DNA of 58,410 nt from Patescibacteria group bacterium (lineage in GTDB: Bacteria; Patescibacteriota; Patescibacteriia; UBA9570): the NCBI GenBank assembly GCA_024277435.1, contig JAJRVJ010000015.1, positions 1-58,410 on the forward strand, read 5' to 3'. The notes under the pieces are model-generated. The model made no database searches, was not told the origin of the DNA, and was given only the letters and a program-made list of their open reading frames with translations. This document shows, in pieces, positions 40,978-52,600 of the stretch (the first letter of the stretch is position 1; each line of letters begins with the position of its first letter). The position numbers and the translations under genes are program-made.

Positions 40978-41977
40978 CGAAGTGTTCTGTGAGCTCCCCT
41001 ACTAAATTATCTTCATATATCCGTTGAATTTCTGAGTGCTCTTCAGTTTGCCCGAGTACCCACATGAGTTTCATAATTGATGCCTCGGCAGTGAGATCGT
41101 GCGTTGATAGCGCTCCACGGCTTTTTGCAAAGTGTCCTCCCGCAAACTTATTGTATTGTACTCCGCCATATATGCATTGTGTATCAATGGCAATCATAAT
41201 ATCTTGATCAGCTATTTGTTCTAGAGAATCTTGAATACCTTCTTGCCCAAGTGGAATATTGCCAGACCCATATGCTTCTATTACCAATCCTTTTGTGCGT
41301 GGTGGAACCATTCCTAATACATGCTCATTTGAAATTCCTGGAAATAATTTAATTACGGTAACGTCGGTAATAATATTCGTTCTCAATTCTAATGGTTTGT
41401 TGTGCGCAATAAAGCGTTGGTCGGATAATTCCAATTCCGCCTCTACTATACCAATGGCTGGAAAATTTGGTGATGTAAATGAGTTAATTGACATCTCATG
41501 AGTTTTTTTTGAACGATTACCACGCAATAGGAGGTTACCAAACATGATGGCCACTTCAGCTATATTTTCAGTTGCAAAGCGTATTGCATTAATAACATTA
41601 CGATGATTATCAGGATTTGGTTCATTTACTGGTGATAGTGTATCAGTAAGAATAACTGGTTTTCCTAAATTTCCAAGCATGAATGATAATATAGTTGCAG
41701 TGTACGCCAATGTATCAGCGCCATGCAATACAACGAAGCCATCATAATTATCATATTCTTGCGCAATGGTTTCTGCGAGCATTTTCCAATAGCGGGGACT
41801 AAAATCAGAGCTATCTAATTGGAATAGATATTTTGATTCGATTTCCGCAATTGTGTTTAGCTGTGGAACATAATCCAGCAATTGCTGTTGTAAATCTAAG
41901 GCTGGCTCCAATACCCCCTTGGCATTTTTTTTCATCACCACACAACCACCTGTGTGTAAGATGCAGATCTTTTTCAT
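40967..41977 (-). CDS. L-asparaginase I-like protein with degenerate active site
   Basis: Full two-domain AnsA fold, but TGGT is TGGC, HGTDT is HGADT and TGS is TDT. Confidence 0.85.
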   Translation of the reverse strand: MKKICILHTGGCVVMKKNAKGVLEPALDLQQQLLDYVPQLNTIAEIESKYLFQLDSSDFSPRYWKMLAETIAQEYDNYDGFVVLHGADTLAYTATILSFMLGNLGKPVILTDTLSPVNEPNPDNHRNVINAIRFATENIAEVAIMFGNLLLRGNRSKKTHEMSINSFTSPNFPAIGIVEAELELSDQRFIAHNKPLELRTNIITDVTVIKLFPGISNEHVLGMVPPRTKGLVIEAYGSGNIPLGQEGIQDSLEQIADQDIMIAIDTQCIYGGVQYNKFAGGHFAKSRGALSTHDLTAEASIMKLMWVLGQTEEHSEIQRIYEDNLVGELTEHFDGL

Positions 41978-42022
41978 GCCCTTAGTATAGCATAAAGTGA
42001 GCGTGTATGGTTAAATTACCAT

Positions 42023-43840
42023 ATGAAAAAATCATTATATTTGGTAGCGGCCATTGTTATCGGAATACAGCTAATTTTAGCTACTCCTGTATTCGCTAGC
42101 GATAATGAAGTGCTTGTGCGCTGGAAGGGGCAAACTGATACAAGTATTGCAGTGATGGAGGTAGATGACCCCGATGCCATGGTGCGTGAATTGCAAGCCA
42201 ATCCGTTTATTGATCGGGTTGAAAAAAATGTTGAGCGCCGTTTAAGTGTTTTTTCAGATGATCCATTTGCAGGTGATCAGTATCATTTGAAGCAAGATAA
42301 TGACGCAGATATCGATGCGGGTAAGGCTTGGGATATTACGACTGGTAGCAGCGATATCGTTGTAGCGGTAATTGATACAGGTATTGATCTTGATCATCCT
42401 GACTTAGTAGATGCTATTTGGCAGAATTCTGATGAGATAGCCGGTAACGGAATTGATGATGATGGTAATGGATACATAGACGATGTGAATGGATGGGATT
42501 TTGTTGGTAACGATAACGATCCAAATCCAACGCCAACCGGACTAAGTTGGTCTACGTCGGTTGTGGTGCATGGTACGCATGTGGCGGGATTGATTGGTGC
42601 TACCGGTAATAACGGGACTGGTATTTCTGGTGTAAATTGGAATGTAACTATTATGCCAATTCGTGTATTTACTGATACGGGCTTAAGTAATGTTGATGAT
42701 ATTTATAATGCCGTTCTGTATGCAGCTAATAACGGAGCTGATGTAATTAACATGAGTTACGGTGGAACGAGTTTTAGCACATTCGAGCAGGAGGCTATTG
42801 AGTATGCTCGTGATAAGGGGGTGCTGAGCGTGGCGGCTGCCGGTAATGAATCAACGAATTTAGATGACATCCCACTATACCCTGTGTGTCATCCTTATGT
42901 ATTGGGCGTTACAGCAACCGATGCATTTGATGAGACGGCGTCATTTACGAATTATGGAACTGATTGTGCAGATTTGGCCGCGCCAGGAGACACTATTTTG
43001 AGTGCCTACTATGCCGATGATCCGGTACATGACTTTACTAGTGAGTATGGCTACTTAAGCGGAACATCGATGGCTAGCCCAATTGCGGCTGGAGTGGCGG
43101 CATTAGTATTATCTGTACAGCCATCACTTTCACCGGATGATATGCAGGATATTTTGATTGGCGCCACAGATAATTTAAGTGACGATACATTAGGTAGCGG
43201 TAGATTGAATGCGTATCAAAGCGTGGTGGACGCTCAGGTTGCATCGAGTCCTGATGCGCCAAGTATTACGGCCTATCATAATTCAAAAAAGAAAAAGACC
43301 ATTGCCAAAAAAACGCGCACACCTGATACGAGTCCATATTTTACCTGGAGCAAACCTAGTTCATTAAACGGTATTGCTGGCTATTATGTATATTGGGGAA
43401 ATGAAAAGAAGAATCCTGTAACGAAGGGAAATTTTCAAACCAAGAAAAATTTTGCACCAACCGGAGTGCGCGGGAATGAAAAAGATTATCGTTTACGAAT
43501 TGTTGCTGAGGATGTTGATGGTAATCAATCTGATGTTGGAACATTTAAATATATTTCTGACACTAAAATTTCAACACCGGTAATGAAATCAGTTGATGCG
43601 TCTGGTGAAAATATTGAAGTGTTATGGAAAAAATTAAGTGGTGAACATGTTGCTGGCTGGTATGTGTATCGAGCAGTGGATGGTGAATCATCATTTAGTA
43701 AATATACTTCCCTGCTTTCGGATCGAGAATTTATTGATACCAATGTGGTTGCTGGTCATACATATAGATATAAAGTGAAAGCGGTAGATGATTTGGATAA
43801 TGAAAGTAAACTATCTAATAGCAAACAAGAGGCCCTATGA
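42023..43840 (+). CDS. Secreted S8 subtilisin-like protease with C-terminal FN3-like domains
   Basis: Catalytic DTG, HGTHVAG, GTSMASP; signal peptide; Y.Y.VKAVD...NES FN3 tail. Confidence 0.95.
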   Translation: MKKSLYLVAAIVIGIQLILATPVFASDNEVLVRWKGQTDTSIAVMEVDDPDAMVRELQANPFIDRVEKNVERRLSVFSDDPFAGDQYHLKQDNDADIDAGKAWDITTGSSDIVVAVIDTGIDLDHPDLVDAIWQNSDEIAGNGIDDDGNGYIDDVNGWDFVGNDNDPNPTPTGLSWSTSVVVHGTHVAGLIGATGNNGTGISGVNWNVTIMPIRVFTDTGLSNVDDIYNAVLYAANNGADVINMSYGGTSFSTFEQEAIEYARDKGVLSVAAAGNESTNLDDIPLYPVCHPYVLGVTATDAFDETASFTNYGTDCADLAAPGDTILSAYYADDPVHDFTSEYGYLSGTSMASPIAAGVAALVLSVQPSLSPDDMQDILIGATDNLSDDTLGSGRLNAYQSVVDAQVASSPDAPSITAYHNSKKKKTIAKKTRTPDTSPYFTWSKPSSLNGIAGYYVYWGNEKKNPVTKGNFQTKKNFAPTGVRGNEKDYRLRIVAEDVDGNQSDVGTFKYISDTKISTPVMKSVDASGENIEVLWKKLSGEHVAGWYVYRAVDGESSFSKYTSLLSDREFIDTNVVAGHTYRYKVKAVDDLDNESKLSNSKQEAL

Positions 43841-44229
43841 TTATTTTGCCAGTTACCGTTGGATTATTAGTGAGTAGTTCACTTATCAGCTTGTTTATAT
43901 ATAGCAAGTTAAAGCGACATGCACTTGGTGATCATGCGCTTGAAAAGTTACGTATTTTTAAGCGCGCTTTATTAGCTGTTGTTATTGCTGCACTTCTTAG
44001 TAATATCGCATGGGCGTTTCAAAACATGCTTTGGGGATTAATAATTACAATACTAGGGCTTACCGGAGTGGCTGCATTCTTCAATAATTTGCGGGATTTA
44101 CAAAAGAGTAAACTATTTAAATTTAGTACTACCGATCAAGGAAGTATTTTTTTGTGGGTAGCGTGGTTAAGTTTAATAATTCTTGTTATTGTATATCTAA
44201 TTAACTATATTATTCTATGGATTTCTTAA
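43837..44229 (+). CDS. Hypothetical membrane protein
   Basis: 130 aa, about four TM segments, translationally coupled to neighbours. Confidence 0.65.
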   Translation: MIILPVTVGLLVSSSLISLFIYSKLKRHALGDHALEKLRIFKRALLAVVIAALLSNIAWAFQNMLWGLIITILGLTGVAAFFNNLRDLQKSKLFKFSTTDQGSIFLWVAWLSLIILVIVYLINYIILWIS

Positions 44230-44636
44230 CAGCAGTATTTCAACTAACATTAAGCGGATTACTTGGTGCCCTCATTGGTCTAGAGCGCGAAAAATTACAT
44301 AAGGCAGCTGGATACCGTACACTAAGCTTGGTAGCTATTGGCGTTACATTATTTACATTGCTTTCTCAATATGGTTTTACTGGTGCGGAAACAGCGGTTG
44401 ATCCAACGCGTATTGCAGGGCAGGTTGTTACCGGTATTGGTTTTTTGGGTGCTGGCTTAATTATTTTCCATCATGAAAAAATCCAGAATCTTACCACGGC
44501 AGCGGCGGTATGGGCGGTTGCGGCAATTGCCATGGCGGTTGGAGTGGGCTGGTATAACATTGCGATTTTTACAGCGGTATTTATATTCCTTATTTTATTT
44601 ATTCTTCGTAAAATAGTTCCTCATCATAAACAATGA
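44217..44636 (+). CDS. MgtC/SapB family membrane protein
   Basis: IGLERE...AGYRT, DPTRIAGQVVTGIGFLGAG, LTTAA. Confidence 0.93.
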   Translation: MDFLTAVFQLTLSGLLGALIGLEREKLHKAAGYRTLSLVAIGVTLFTLLSQYGFTGAETAVDPTRIAGQVVTGIGFLGAGLIIFHHEKIQNLTTAAAVWAVAAIAMAVGVGWYNIAIFTAVFIFLILFILRKIVPHHKQ

Positions 44637-45982
44637 AAGCTCTACTTAAGAAAATTATTCCCGAGAGGCTAATACTTAGTTACCATTTTTGGATGGCTAA
44701 GTACGCGGCGCGTAAGTTTAAGCATCCCTCAAACAAGTTAATTGTTATTGGTGTTACTGGTACAAAGGGTAAATCTACAACCTGTAATATTATTTGGCAT
44801 ATTCTAACGCAGTTAGGGTATAAAGTTGGTATGGCGACAACAGCTAATTTTCGCATTGGTGATAAACACTGGTTAAACGATACGAAGATGACAATGCTCG
44901 GCCGTACGCAGTTACAGAAATTATTATCGGACATGGTTGAGGCTGGTTGTCAGTATGCGATAGTGGAAACTTCTTCTGAGGGGGTAAAACAATCTCGGCA
45001 TATCGGCATAAATTATGATATCGGAGTATTTACTAATTTGTTTCCTGAGCATCTTGATGCGCACGGAGGCTTTGAGAATTATAAGCAAGCGAAATTAGAT
45101 TTTTTTACACACATTAGTCAATCGGAGTTAAAACAGGATAATGGAAGATCCATTCAAAAAATGGCAATTATTAACGGTAATTCAAAATACGCTACTGAAT
45201 TTTTTCAAACAGCTAAGGTAGGTACGCATGTTGTATGGACGCGTCAATCAGATTCAACAGCTGAGGAGGCTGATGTGTTACCAATTAATATTCGTATTAC
45301 AGATCCACGTGAAACAAAGGATGGGGTGGCTTTTAGTATTGGCGAATATAACTATACTAGCCCACTGCTTGGTGATTGGAATATTGATAATATAATGGCC
45401 GCGCTCTCTGTTGCGGTTTCGCAGGGCGCATCGTATCCAGAGTTAATTCAGCCAGTTGCAACTATTCCACCGGTACCAGGGCGTATGGAAACAATAAATG
45501 TTGGCCAACCCTTTAAAGTGATTGTAGATTATGCGTATGAGCCGAAAAGTCTTGCGTTATTATATGAGTTTGCGCGCAAACAGGTTGGTGATGACCATAA
45601 TTTAATAACATTGATAAGTTCTACTGGCGGTGGACGTGATGTTTGGCGGAGGGCAGCTAATGGTAAAGTGGCTGTTGAACATTGTAATTACGTAATTGTG
45701 ACTGACGAAGATCCCTATGATGAGGATCCGATGGAAATTATTAATGAAGTAGCCAGGGGAGCATTAGAGGCTGGCGCAGTTGAAGGTGAGAATATGTGGA
45801 GAGTGCCTCAGAGATTCCATGCAATACAACAAGCCATGAAACTAGCGCAACCTGGAGATGTTGTATTTTTAACAGCCAAGGGTTCTGAGCAGAAAATGTG
45901 CCTAGCCAAGGGTAAAAAGATTGATTGGGATGATCGCGCCGCAGCCAAAGAGGCTTTAAAGCAATTGGGGTACGGAAAATAG
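44633..45982 (+). CDS. murE: UDP-N-acetylmuramyl-tripeptide synthetase (Mur ligase)
   Basis: GVTGTKGKST, ETSSEG, FTNL.PEHLD.HG.FENY, PGRME, VDYA, GGRD. Confidence 0.88.
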   Translation: MKALLKKIIPERLILSYHFWMAKYAARKFKHPSNKLIVIGVTGTKGKSTTCNIIWHILTQLGYKVGMATTANFRIGDKHWLNDTKMTMLGRTQLQKLLSDMVEAGCQYAIVETSSEGVKQSRHIGINYDIGVFTNLFPEHLDAHGGFENYKQAKLDFFTHISQSELKQDNGRSIQKMAIINGNSKYATEFFQTAKVGTHVVWTRQSDSTAEEADVLPINIRITDPRETKDGVAFSIGEYNYTSPLLGDWNIDNIMAALSVAVSQGASYPELIQPVATIPPVPGRMETINVGQPFKVIVDYAYEPKSLALLYEFARKQVGDDHNLITLISSTGGGRDVWRRAANGKVAVEHCNYVIVTDEDPYDEDPMEIINEVARGALEAGAVEGENMWRVPQRFHAIQQAMKLAQPGDVVFLTAKGSEQKMCLAKGKKIDWDDRAAAKEALKQLGYGK

Positions 45983-46103
45983 GCTAATGTATATCATGGG
46001 GACAACCTGGGGATGGTTTAGGTATATTCTTAGCTAATATTAGCAAAAAAATATTTTTATACCCGCATGTAGATAAAAATTTGACAAATATTATTAGATA
46101 TAC

Positions 46104-46132
46104 TTGACAAGGCTTGACTATTCCAGTAGTTT
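46104..46132 (+). promoter_or_regulatory. rpoBC promoter
   Basis: TTGACA (46104-46109)-17-TAGTTT (46127-46132); a second TTGACA at 46081. Confidence 0.6.
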
Positions 46133-46298
46133 TACTCATGGTTTACAGGAACGAGTCGGGAAGTTGATACCATTGTAGCTAACTCAATACATTTACGTAC
46201 TTGTCAAAATACGTGACTACGCGCCTCAAAGTTCGCAATGCGAACTAACTAATTCATAAGTTGTTTTCCCTCACCCCGCCGGGGTTGGGCTATTTTTT

Positions 46299-49200
46299 AT
46301 GCCGAAAAAACAATCCATCCCAGACATCCCAGACCATCGTGAAACGTTTGCGAAGTTTAACCCTACAATTGCACTTCCAAACCTTATTGAGGTGCAGCAT
46401 CAATCTTACAAGTGGTTCCTTGATGAAGGATTAAAAGAGTTACTTGAAGAGATTTCTCCAATTGAGGATTTTGCAGGACGTGATTTAGAATTATATTTAG
46501 ATGATTACTATCTTGATGAACCGCGATTTGATGAAAAAACTGCAAAAGATAAGAACATTACCTTTGAAGCAGCTATTCGTGTAAATGCTCGATTAAAAAA
46601 TAATCGTACTGGTGAAATTAAAGAACAAGAAGTATATTTAGGTGACCTCCCACTAATGACCAAGCGTGGTACATTTGTGGTTAATGGTATTGAGCGTGTA
46701 GTTGTATCCCAGTTGATTCGTTCAGCTGGTGTATTTTTTACATCGAACAATGTGAAGGGTCGCATGTATTATGGAGCCAAGATTATTCCTAACCGTGGTG
46801 CTTGGCTTGAGTTTTAAACAGACGGCAACGGAGTTATTTATGTAAAGATCGATCGCAAACGCAAGGTAACGGCAACCGCATTATTACGTGCGTTTGGTTT
46901 TTCTTCTGATGAAGAAATTATCAACTTATTTACAGATATAGATACTAATCCAGAACATAAATATATTGAGGCAACATTAGAAAAAGATACTTCTACTTCA
47001 GAAGGCGAAGGTTTGAAAGAGGTATATAAACGTATCCGTCCAGGTGATCTTGCAACTGTTGATAATGCTCGTGGATTGATTCATTCAATGTTCTTTAATT
47101 TCAGTCGTTATGATTTTGGTCGCGTTGGTCGATATAAAATTAATAAACGATTTGGATTTGATTTACCAATCGATCAAGAACATCGCGTATTGTTACGTGA
47201 GGATGTAATTGCTGTACTTCGTGAAATCATTCGTTTAAATAATTCTCAAGAAGAGGCAGATGATATTGATCATTTAGGTAATCGTCGTGTTCGTGCTGTT
47301 GGTGAACTTGTACAAAATAAATTCCGCATTGGTTTAGCTCGAATGGAACGTATCGTTCGTGATCGAATGAGTACACGTGACGTTGCCACGCTAACTCCTG
47401 GACCACTTATTAATGCGCGTCCAGTAATTGGTTCTATTCGTGAGTTCTTCATGAGTTCACAATTATCACAGTTCATGGACCAAACGAATCCATTGGCTGA
47501 GTTAGAACACAAACGTCGATTATCAGCGATGGGACCAGGTGGTCTTTCGCGTGAACGTGCTGGATTTGAAGTGCGTGATGTACATCGTACTCATTATGGT
47601 CGTATTTGTCCGATTGCTACTCCGGAAGGACCAAATATTGGTTTAGTAGGTCACTTGGCTTGTTATGCTCGTATTAATTCTTATGGATTTATTGAAACTC
47701 CATATTGGAAGGTAGAAAAAGATGCAGAAAATAAAACCGCTCGCATTACAGACGAAATTGTGTATCTTGATGCGTTTGAAGAAGAGCGTTCTATTACTAC
47801 CGCTGCAACAACTGAGCTAGATGATGATGGATATATTGTGAGTGAAAAAATTGAAGTACGTAAGTATGGATCACCTATTCTAGATTATCGTTATAACGTT
47901 GATTACATGGATGTAGCGACTCGGCAGATTATTTCTGTGGCTACTTCATTAATTCCGTTTGTAGAACATAATGATGCGGTACGTGCGCTGATGGGAACAA
48001 ACATGCAACGGCAGGCTGTGTCCTGTGTTCGTCCAGATTCTCCAATTATTGGAACTGGTATGGAATTCCGTGCAGCGTCTGATTCCGGTCAGGTGGCGTT
48101 AGCTGAAGAAGATGGTGTTGTAACACATGTAAGTGGACATTTAGTGGAGGTGACTGGTAAGTCTGGAGTGCAAAGACATGAGCTACGTAACTTCATTCGA
48201 TCTAATGCTTCAACTAGCATTAATCAGAAGCCTATTGTAGATATCGATCAAAAAGTGAAGAAGGGTGATGTGTTAGCTGATGGTGCTTCAACAGATCAAG
48301 GTGAATTAGCTCTGGGGCAAAATGTACTAGTAGCATACATGCCTTGGGAGGGTGGTAACTATGAGGATGCGATTCTTGTTTCAGACCGTTTAGTGCAAAG
48401 TGATAAATATAGCTCCATTCATATCGAGGAATACACAATGGATGTGCGTGATACAAAACTTGGGCCTGAAGTAATCACTCGTGACATTCCAAATGTTTCT
48501 GAAGAAAAACTTAAGGATCTTGATGAAGAAGGTATTATCCGAGTTGGAGCTCAGGTTTCATCTGGCGATATCTTAGTTGGTAAGATTACTCCTAAAGGTG
48601 AAACGGAATTATCTGCTGAAGAAAAATTATTACGTGCAATTTTTGGAGAAAAAGCTAAAGATGTTAAAGATTCATCTCTTTATTTAGAGCATGGTGATCA
48701 CGGTAAAGTTGTGGATGTAAAGATCTTTTCAAAAGAGAATGGAGATAAATTAGCATCAGGTGTATTAATGTCTATTCAGGTATCTATTGCGCAACTACGT
48801 AAGATTTCTGTTGGTGATAAAATGGCTGGACGTCATGGTAATAAAGGTGTGATTTCTCGTATCATTCCAGTTGAAGATATGCCATACATGGAAGATGGTA
48901 CCCCAGTGGATATTCTATTAAATCCACTTGGTATCGTATCTCGTATGAACCTTGGACAAGTATTAGAAACGCATCTTGGTTTAGCAGCTCGCGCACTCGG
49001 CTATCAAGTTGCTACTATGCCATTCCGCGGTGTACCTGAATTAACTGTAAAAGATGAGCTTGAAAAAGCTGGTTATCCACGTGAAGGTAAAATTACATTG
49101 ATCGACGGACGTACTGGTGAAGAGTTTGTTCATAAAATTACGTGTGGTGTAGCGTACATGCTGAAATTGAATCATATGGTTGATGACAAGATTCACCAAC

Positions 49201-49589
49201 GTTCAATTGGTCCATACTCATTAGTAACGCAGCAGCCGCTTGGTGGTAAAGCTCAATTTGGTGGTCAGCGTTTTGGTGAGATGGAAGTATGGGCACTAGA
49301 GGCTTATGGTGCCGCTCATACTCTGCAGGAAATATTAACGATTAAATCGGATGATGTGCCTGGTCGTTCAAAGGCGTATGAAGCTGTAATTAAGGGTGAA
49401 AAAATTCGTAAAGTAAATGTTCCGGAATCGTTTAATGTATTAGTTCGTGAATTGAAAGGTTTGGGTCTCTCAGTAGAATTATTCAAAACCAAGGATAAAG
49501 ATAAAAAGAAAGAATTGTCCGAGGATGCTGATGATTCTAAGAAAGCTGAAAAAGAAGAAGTTGAGAAAGCTGAAGAGACAACTAATTAA
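46299..49589 (+). CDS. rpoB: RNA polymerase subunit beta, interrupted by one in-frame TAA at 46815-46817
   Basis: The two ORF-track pieces share a frame. [23 protein letters not shown] matches conserved RGxWLEFETD, so TAA sits at a Glu position. [18 protein letters not shown] and GGQRFGEME are intact. Confidence 0.93.
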
Positions 49590-49615
49590 TCAAGCAATCG
49601 TAACTAGAATATATT

Positions 49616-52600
49616 ATGCAAGAAGGACAAGTAACACGAACTCATGATTTCGACGCAATTCGTTTACGTATTGCTTCATCTGATGAGATTCATGAATGGT
49701 CACATGGTGAAATCACCCGGCCGGAAACAATTAACTATCGTACACAAAAACCTGAAAAGGATGGTTTATTTTGTGAAAAGATTTTTGGTCCGTCTAAGGA
49801 TTGGGAATGTTATTGTGGTAAGTATAAAAAAATTCGTTATAAAGGAATTATTTGTGATAAGTGTGGAGTAGAAGTTACTCGTTCAATCGTTCGACGTGAG
49901 CGAATGGGACACATCGATTTAGCTGCACCGGTTACACATATTTGGTTTCTACGTGGCGTGCCATCTAAGATTGGTCTGATTCTTGATTTATCTGTTCAAT
50001 CCTTAGAAAAGGTAATTTACTTTGCTAACTTTATCATCAACGATGTTGATATGGAGTTAAAGGAACAAACTCTTGAGCAAATTGAATCTGAAGCTACTCA
50101 GAAGATTAAATCTATTAAGGGCGAAAGTAGTAAAGCATTAAAAGATATTGAAACTGAGCGTGATAAAGCTATTGAAGCTGTGAATACTGATAAGCAAAAA
50201 GAAAAGGTTGCTGCGAAGTATGAGCAAGAATTAATCAATGCTGCAATTATTCGTGATGAAAAACTGAAGGATGTTGATGATGCTGTAGATATGGCTAAAA
50301 AAGAGTTGAAGGCCTTAAAGCCAATGGAAATTATTTCTGAAACAAAGTATCAAGATCTTTCACTTAAATATGGCCATCTCTTCGATGCGAGTATTGGAGC
50401 TGAAGCTATTAAGGAGCTTCTACTTGAAGTTGATGTAGAGAAGATGATTACAGAACTTGAAGAAGAAATTGTAGATGCTAGTAAAAATAAGCGCACACGA
50501 TTAGTGCGTCGTTTGAAGTTAGTAAAGAACTTGAAGAAAAATAAGATTCGTCCTGAATGGATGATCATGACAGCAGTTCCTGTAATTCCACCAGATCTTC
50601 GTCCTATGGTGCAGCTTGATGGCGGACGATTTGCTGCTTCTGACTTAAATGATTTATATCGTCGTGTTATTAACCGTAATAATCGTTTAAAGCGTTTAAA
50701 AGAATTGAACGCTCCTGAAGTAATTCAACGTAATGAAAAACGCATGTTGCAAGAAGCTGTTGATGCACTTATTGATAATGGTGCGCGTCATGGTAAAACC
50801 GTTACTGCTTCTACTGGTCAAAAACGTCAGTTGAAATCATTAGCCGACATGCTTAAAGGTAAGCAAGGTCGATTCCGTCAGAATCTACTTGGTAAACGTG
50901 TGGATTATTCTGGTCGTTCTGTAATTGTGGTTGGTCCGCATTTAAAATTGCATCAATGTGGTATTCCAAAGAAAATGGCTCTAGAATTGTTCCGTCCGTT
51001 TGTGATTTCTAAATTGATTGAACGAGAATACGTATATAATGTACGTAGTGCGAATCGATTTATTGAATCTGGTCGATCGGAAGTGTGGGATATTCTTGAA
51101 GAAGTAACGAAAGAGGCGTATGTAATGCTTAACCGCGCCCCTACCCTCCATCGTCTTGGTATTCAAGCATTTCGACCAATCCTTATTGAAGGTAAAGCTA
51201 TTCAGATTCACCCATTAGTATGTACTGCGTTTAACGCGGATTTCGATGGCGATCAAATGGCTGTACACGTACCATTAACTGAGGAAGCAAAAGAGGAGGC
51301 TGGTAATATCATGCTTTCATCCAAGAATTTACTTAAGCCTGCTACTGGTGAGCCGGTGATTACTCCATCTCAGGACATTGTACTCGGTGTATATTTCATG
51401 ACTACCGTGCATGATCCAGTTGATGATAGAAAAATGTACTTTGCTGATAAAGAGGAAGCAACAATGGCATATCAATTAGGCCGCATTACGTTGCAAGAAA
51501 AAGTACACGTAAAGATTAAAGATGAGTTGATTGAAACTTCTGTAGGACGCATCATCTTTAATGAGCTACTACCAGAAGATCAACAATTTGCTAATGTATT
51601 AGTTGATAAAAAAGAACTTAAGGGAATGATTGCTAAAACATTCCAAATTCATGGTGATGAGCGTACGGTAATATTGATTGATGCAGTGAAAGATACTGCT
51701 ATTGAGTATGTAACAAAATCTGGATTAAGTTGGGGTATTGAAGATACACCACTTGTTGAACAAAAGAAGCCTCTTGTAGCTGAAGCAGATAAAGAAGTTG
51801 AAGAAGTATATAAACAATATGAAATGGGTCTGCTTACCGATGATGAGCGTCGTGCTCGTATCATTGAGATTTGGACGCGTACGAAGAGTCTTATTACAGG
51901 ACATGTGCAAAATGCGTTGGACGAAGATAGTTCTGCATTTGCGATGATTGATTCTGGGGCTCGTGGTTCTTGGGGTCAGTTAACTCAGATGATGGGTATG
52001 AAAGGTATGGTAATTAGTTCTTCTGGCGAAACAATTGAGTTGCCTGTTAAAGCCTCATTTAAAGAAGGATTTGATGTGCTAGAATACTTTATTTCTACGC
52101 ATGGTGCTCGTAAAGGTTTAACTGATACAGCGTTGCGTACTGCGAATGCTGGTTACCTTACTCGTCGTTTAATTGATGTTGCGCAGGAAGTGATTGTACA
52201 TGAAGAGGATTGTGGCACTAAAGATGGTAAGGTAATTACTGTTGAAGAAAGTGAAGAAATGAGCCAAACCTTAATTGAACGCATGCTTGGTCGTGTGTTA
52301 GCTGAGGGAATTAAAGATGGTAGCAAAACAGTTATCAAACGCAATACATTAATTACCGAGGATCTTGTACAAGATTTAGAGAAATTAAAGATCACTGAAG
52401 CCAAGTTACGTTCCGTACTTACATGTGATACGTTACGAGGGACTTGTCAAAAATGTTATGGTTATGATCTTGGACACAACAAGATGGTAACAATTGGTAC
52501 AGCCGTTGGTATTATTGCTGCTCAATCAATTGGTGAGCCTGGTACTCAGCTTACAATGCGTACATTCCATACTGGCGGTGTTGCTGGAGCTGACATTACT

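Noticed and set aside
50040-50330. Charged coiled-coil insertion in RpoC
   Set aside because: In-frame insertion at a known lineage-variable site of beta'; no intein motifs.
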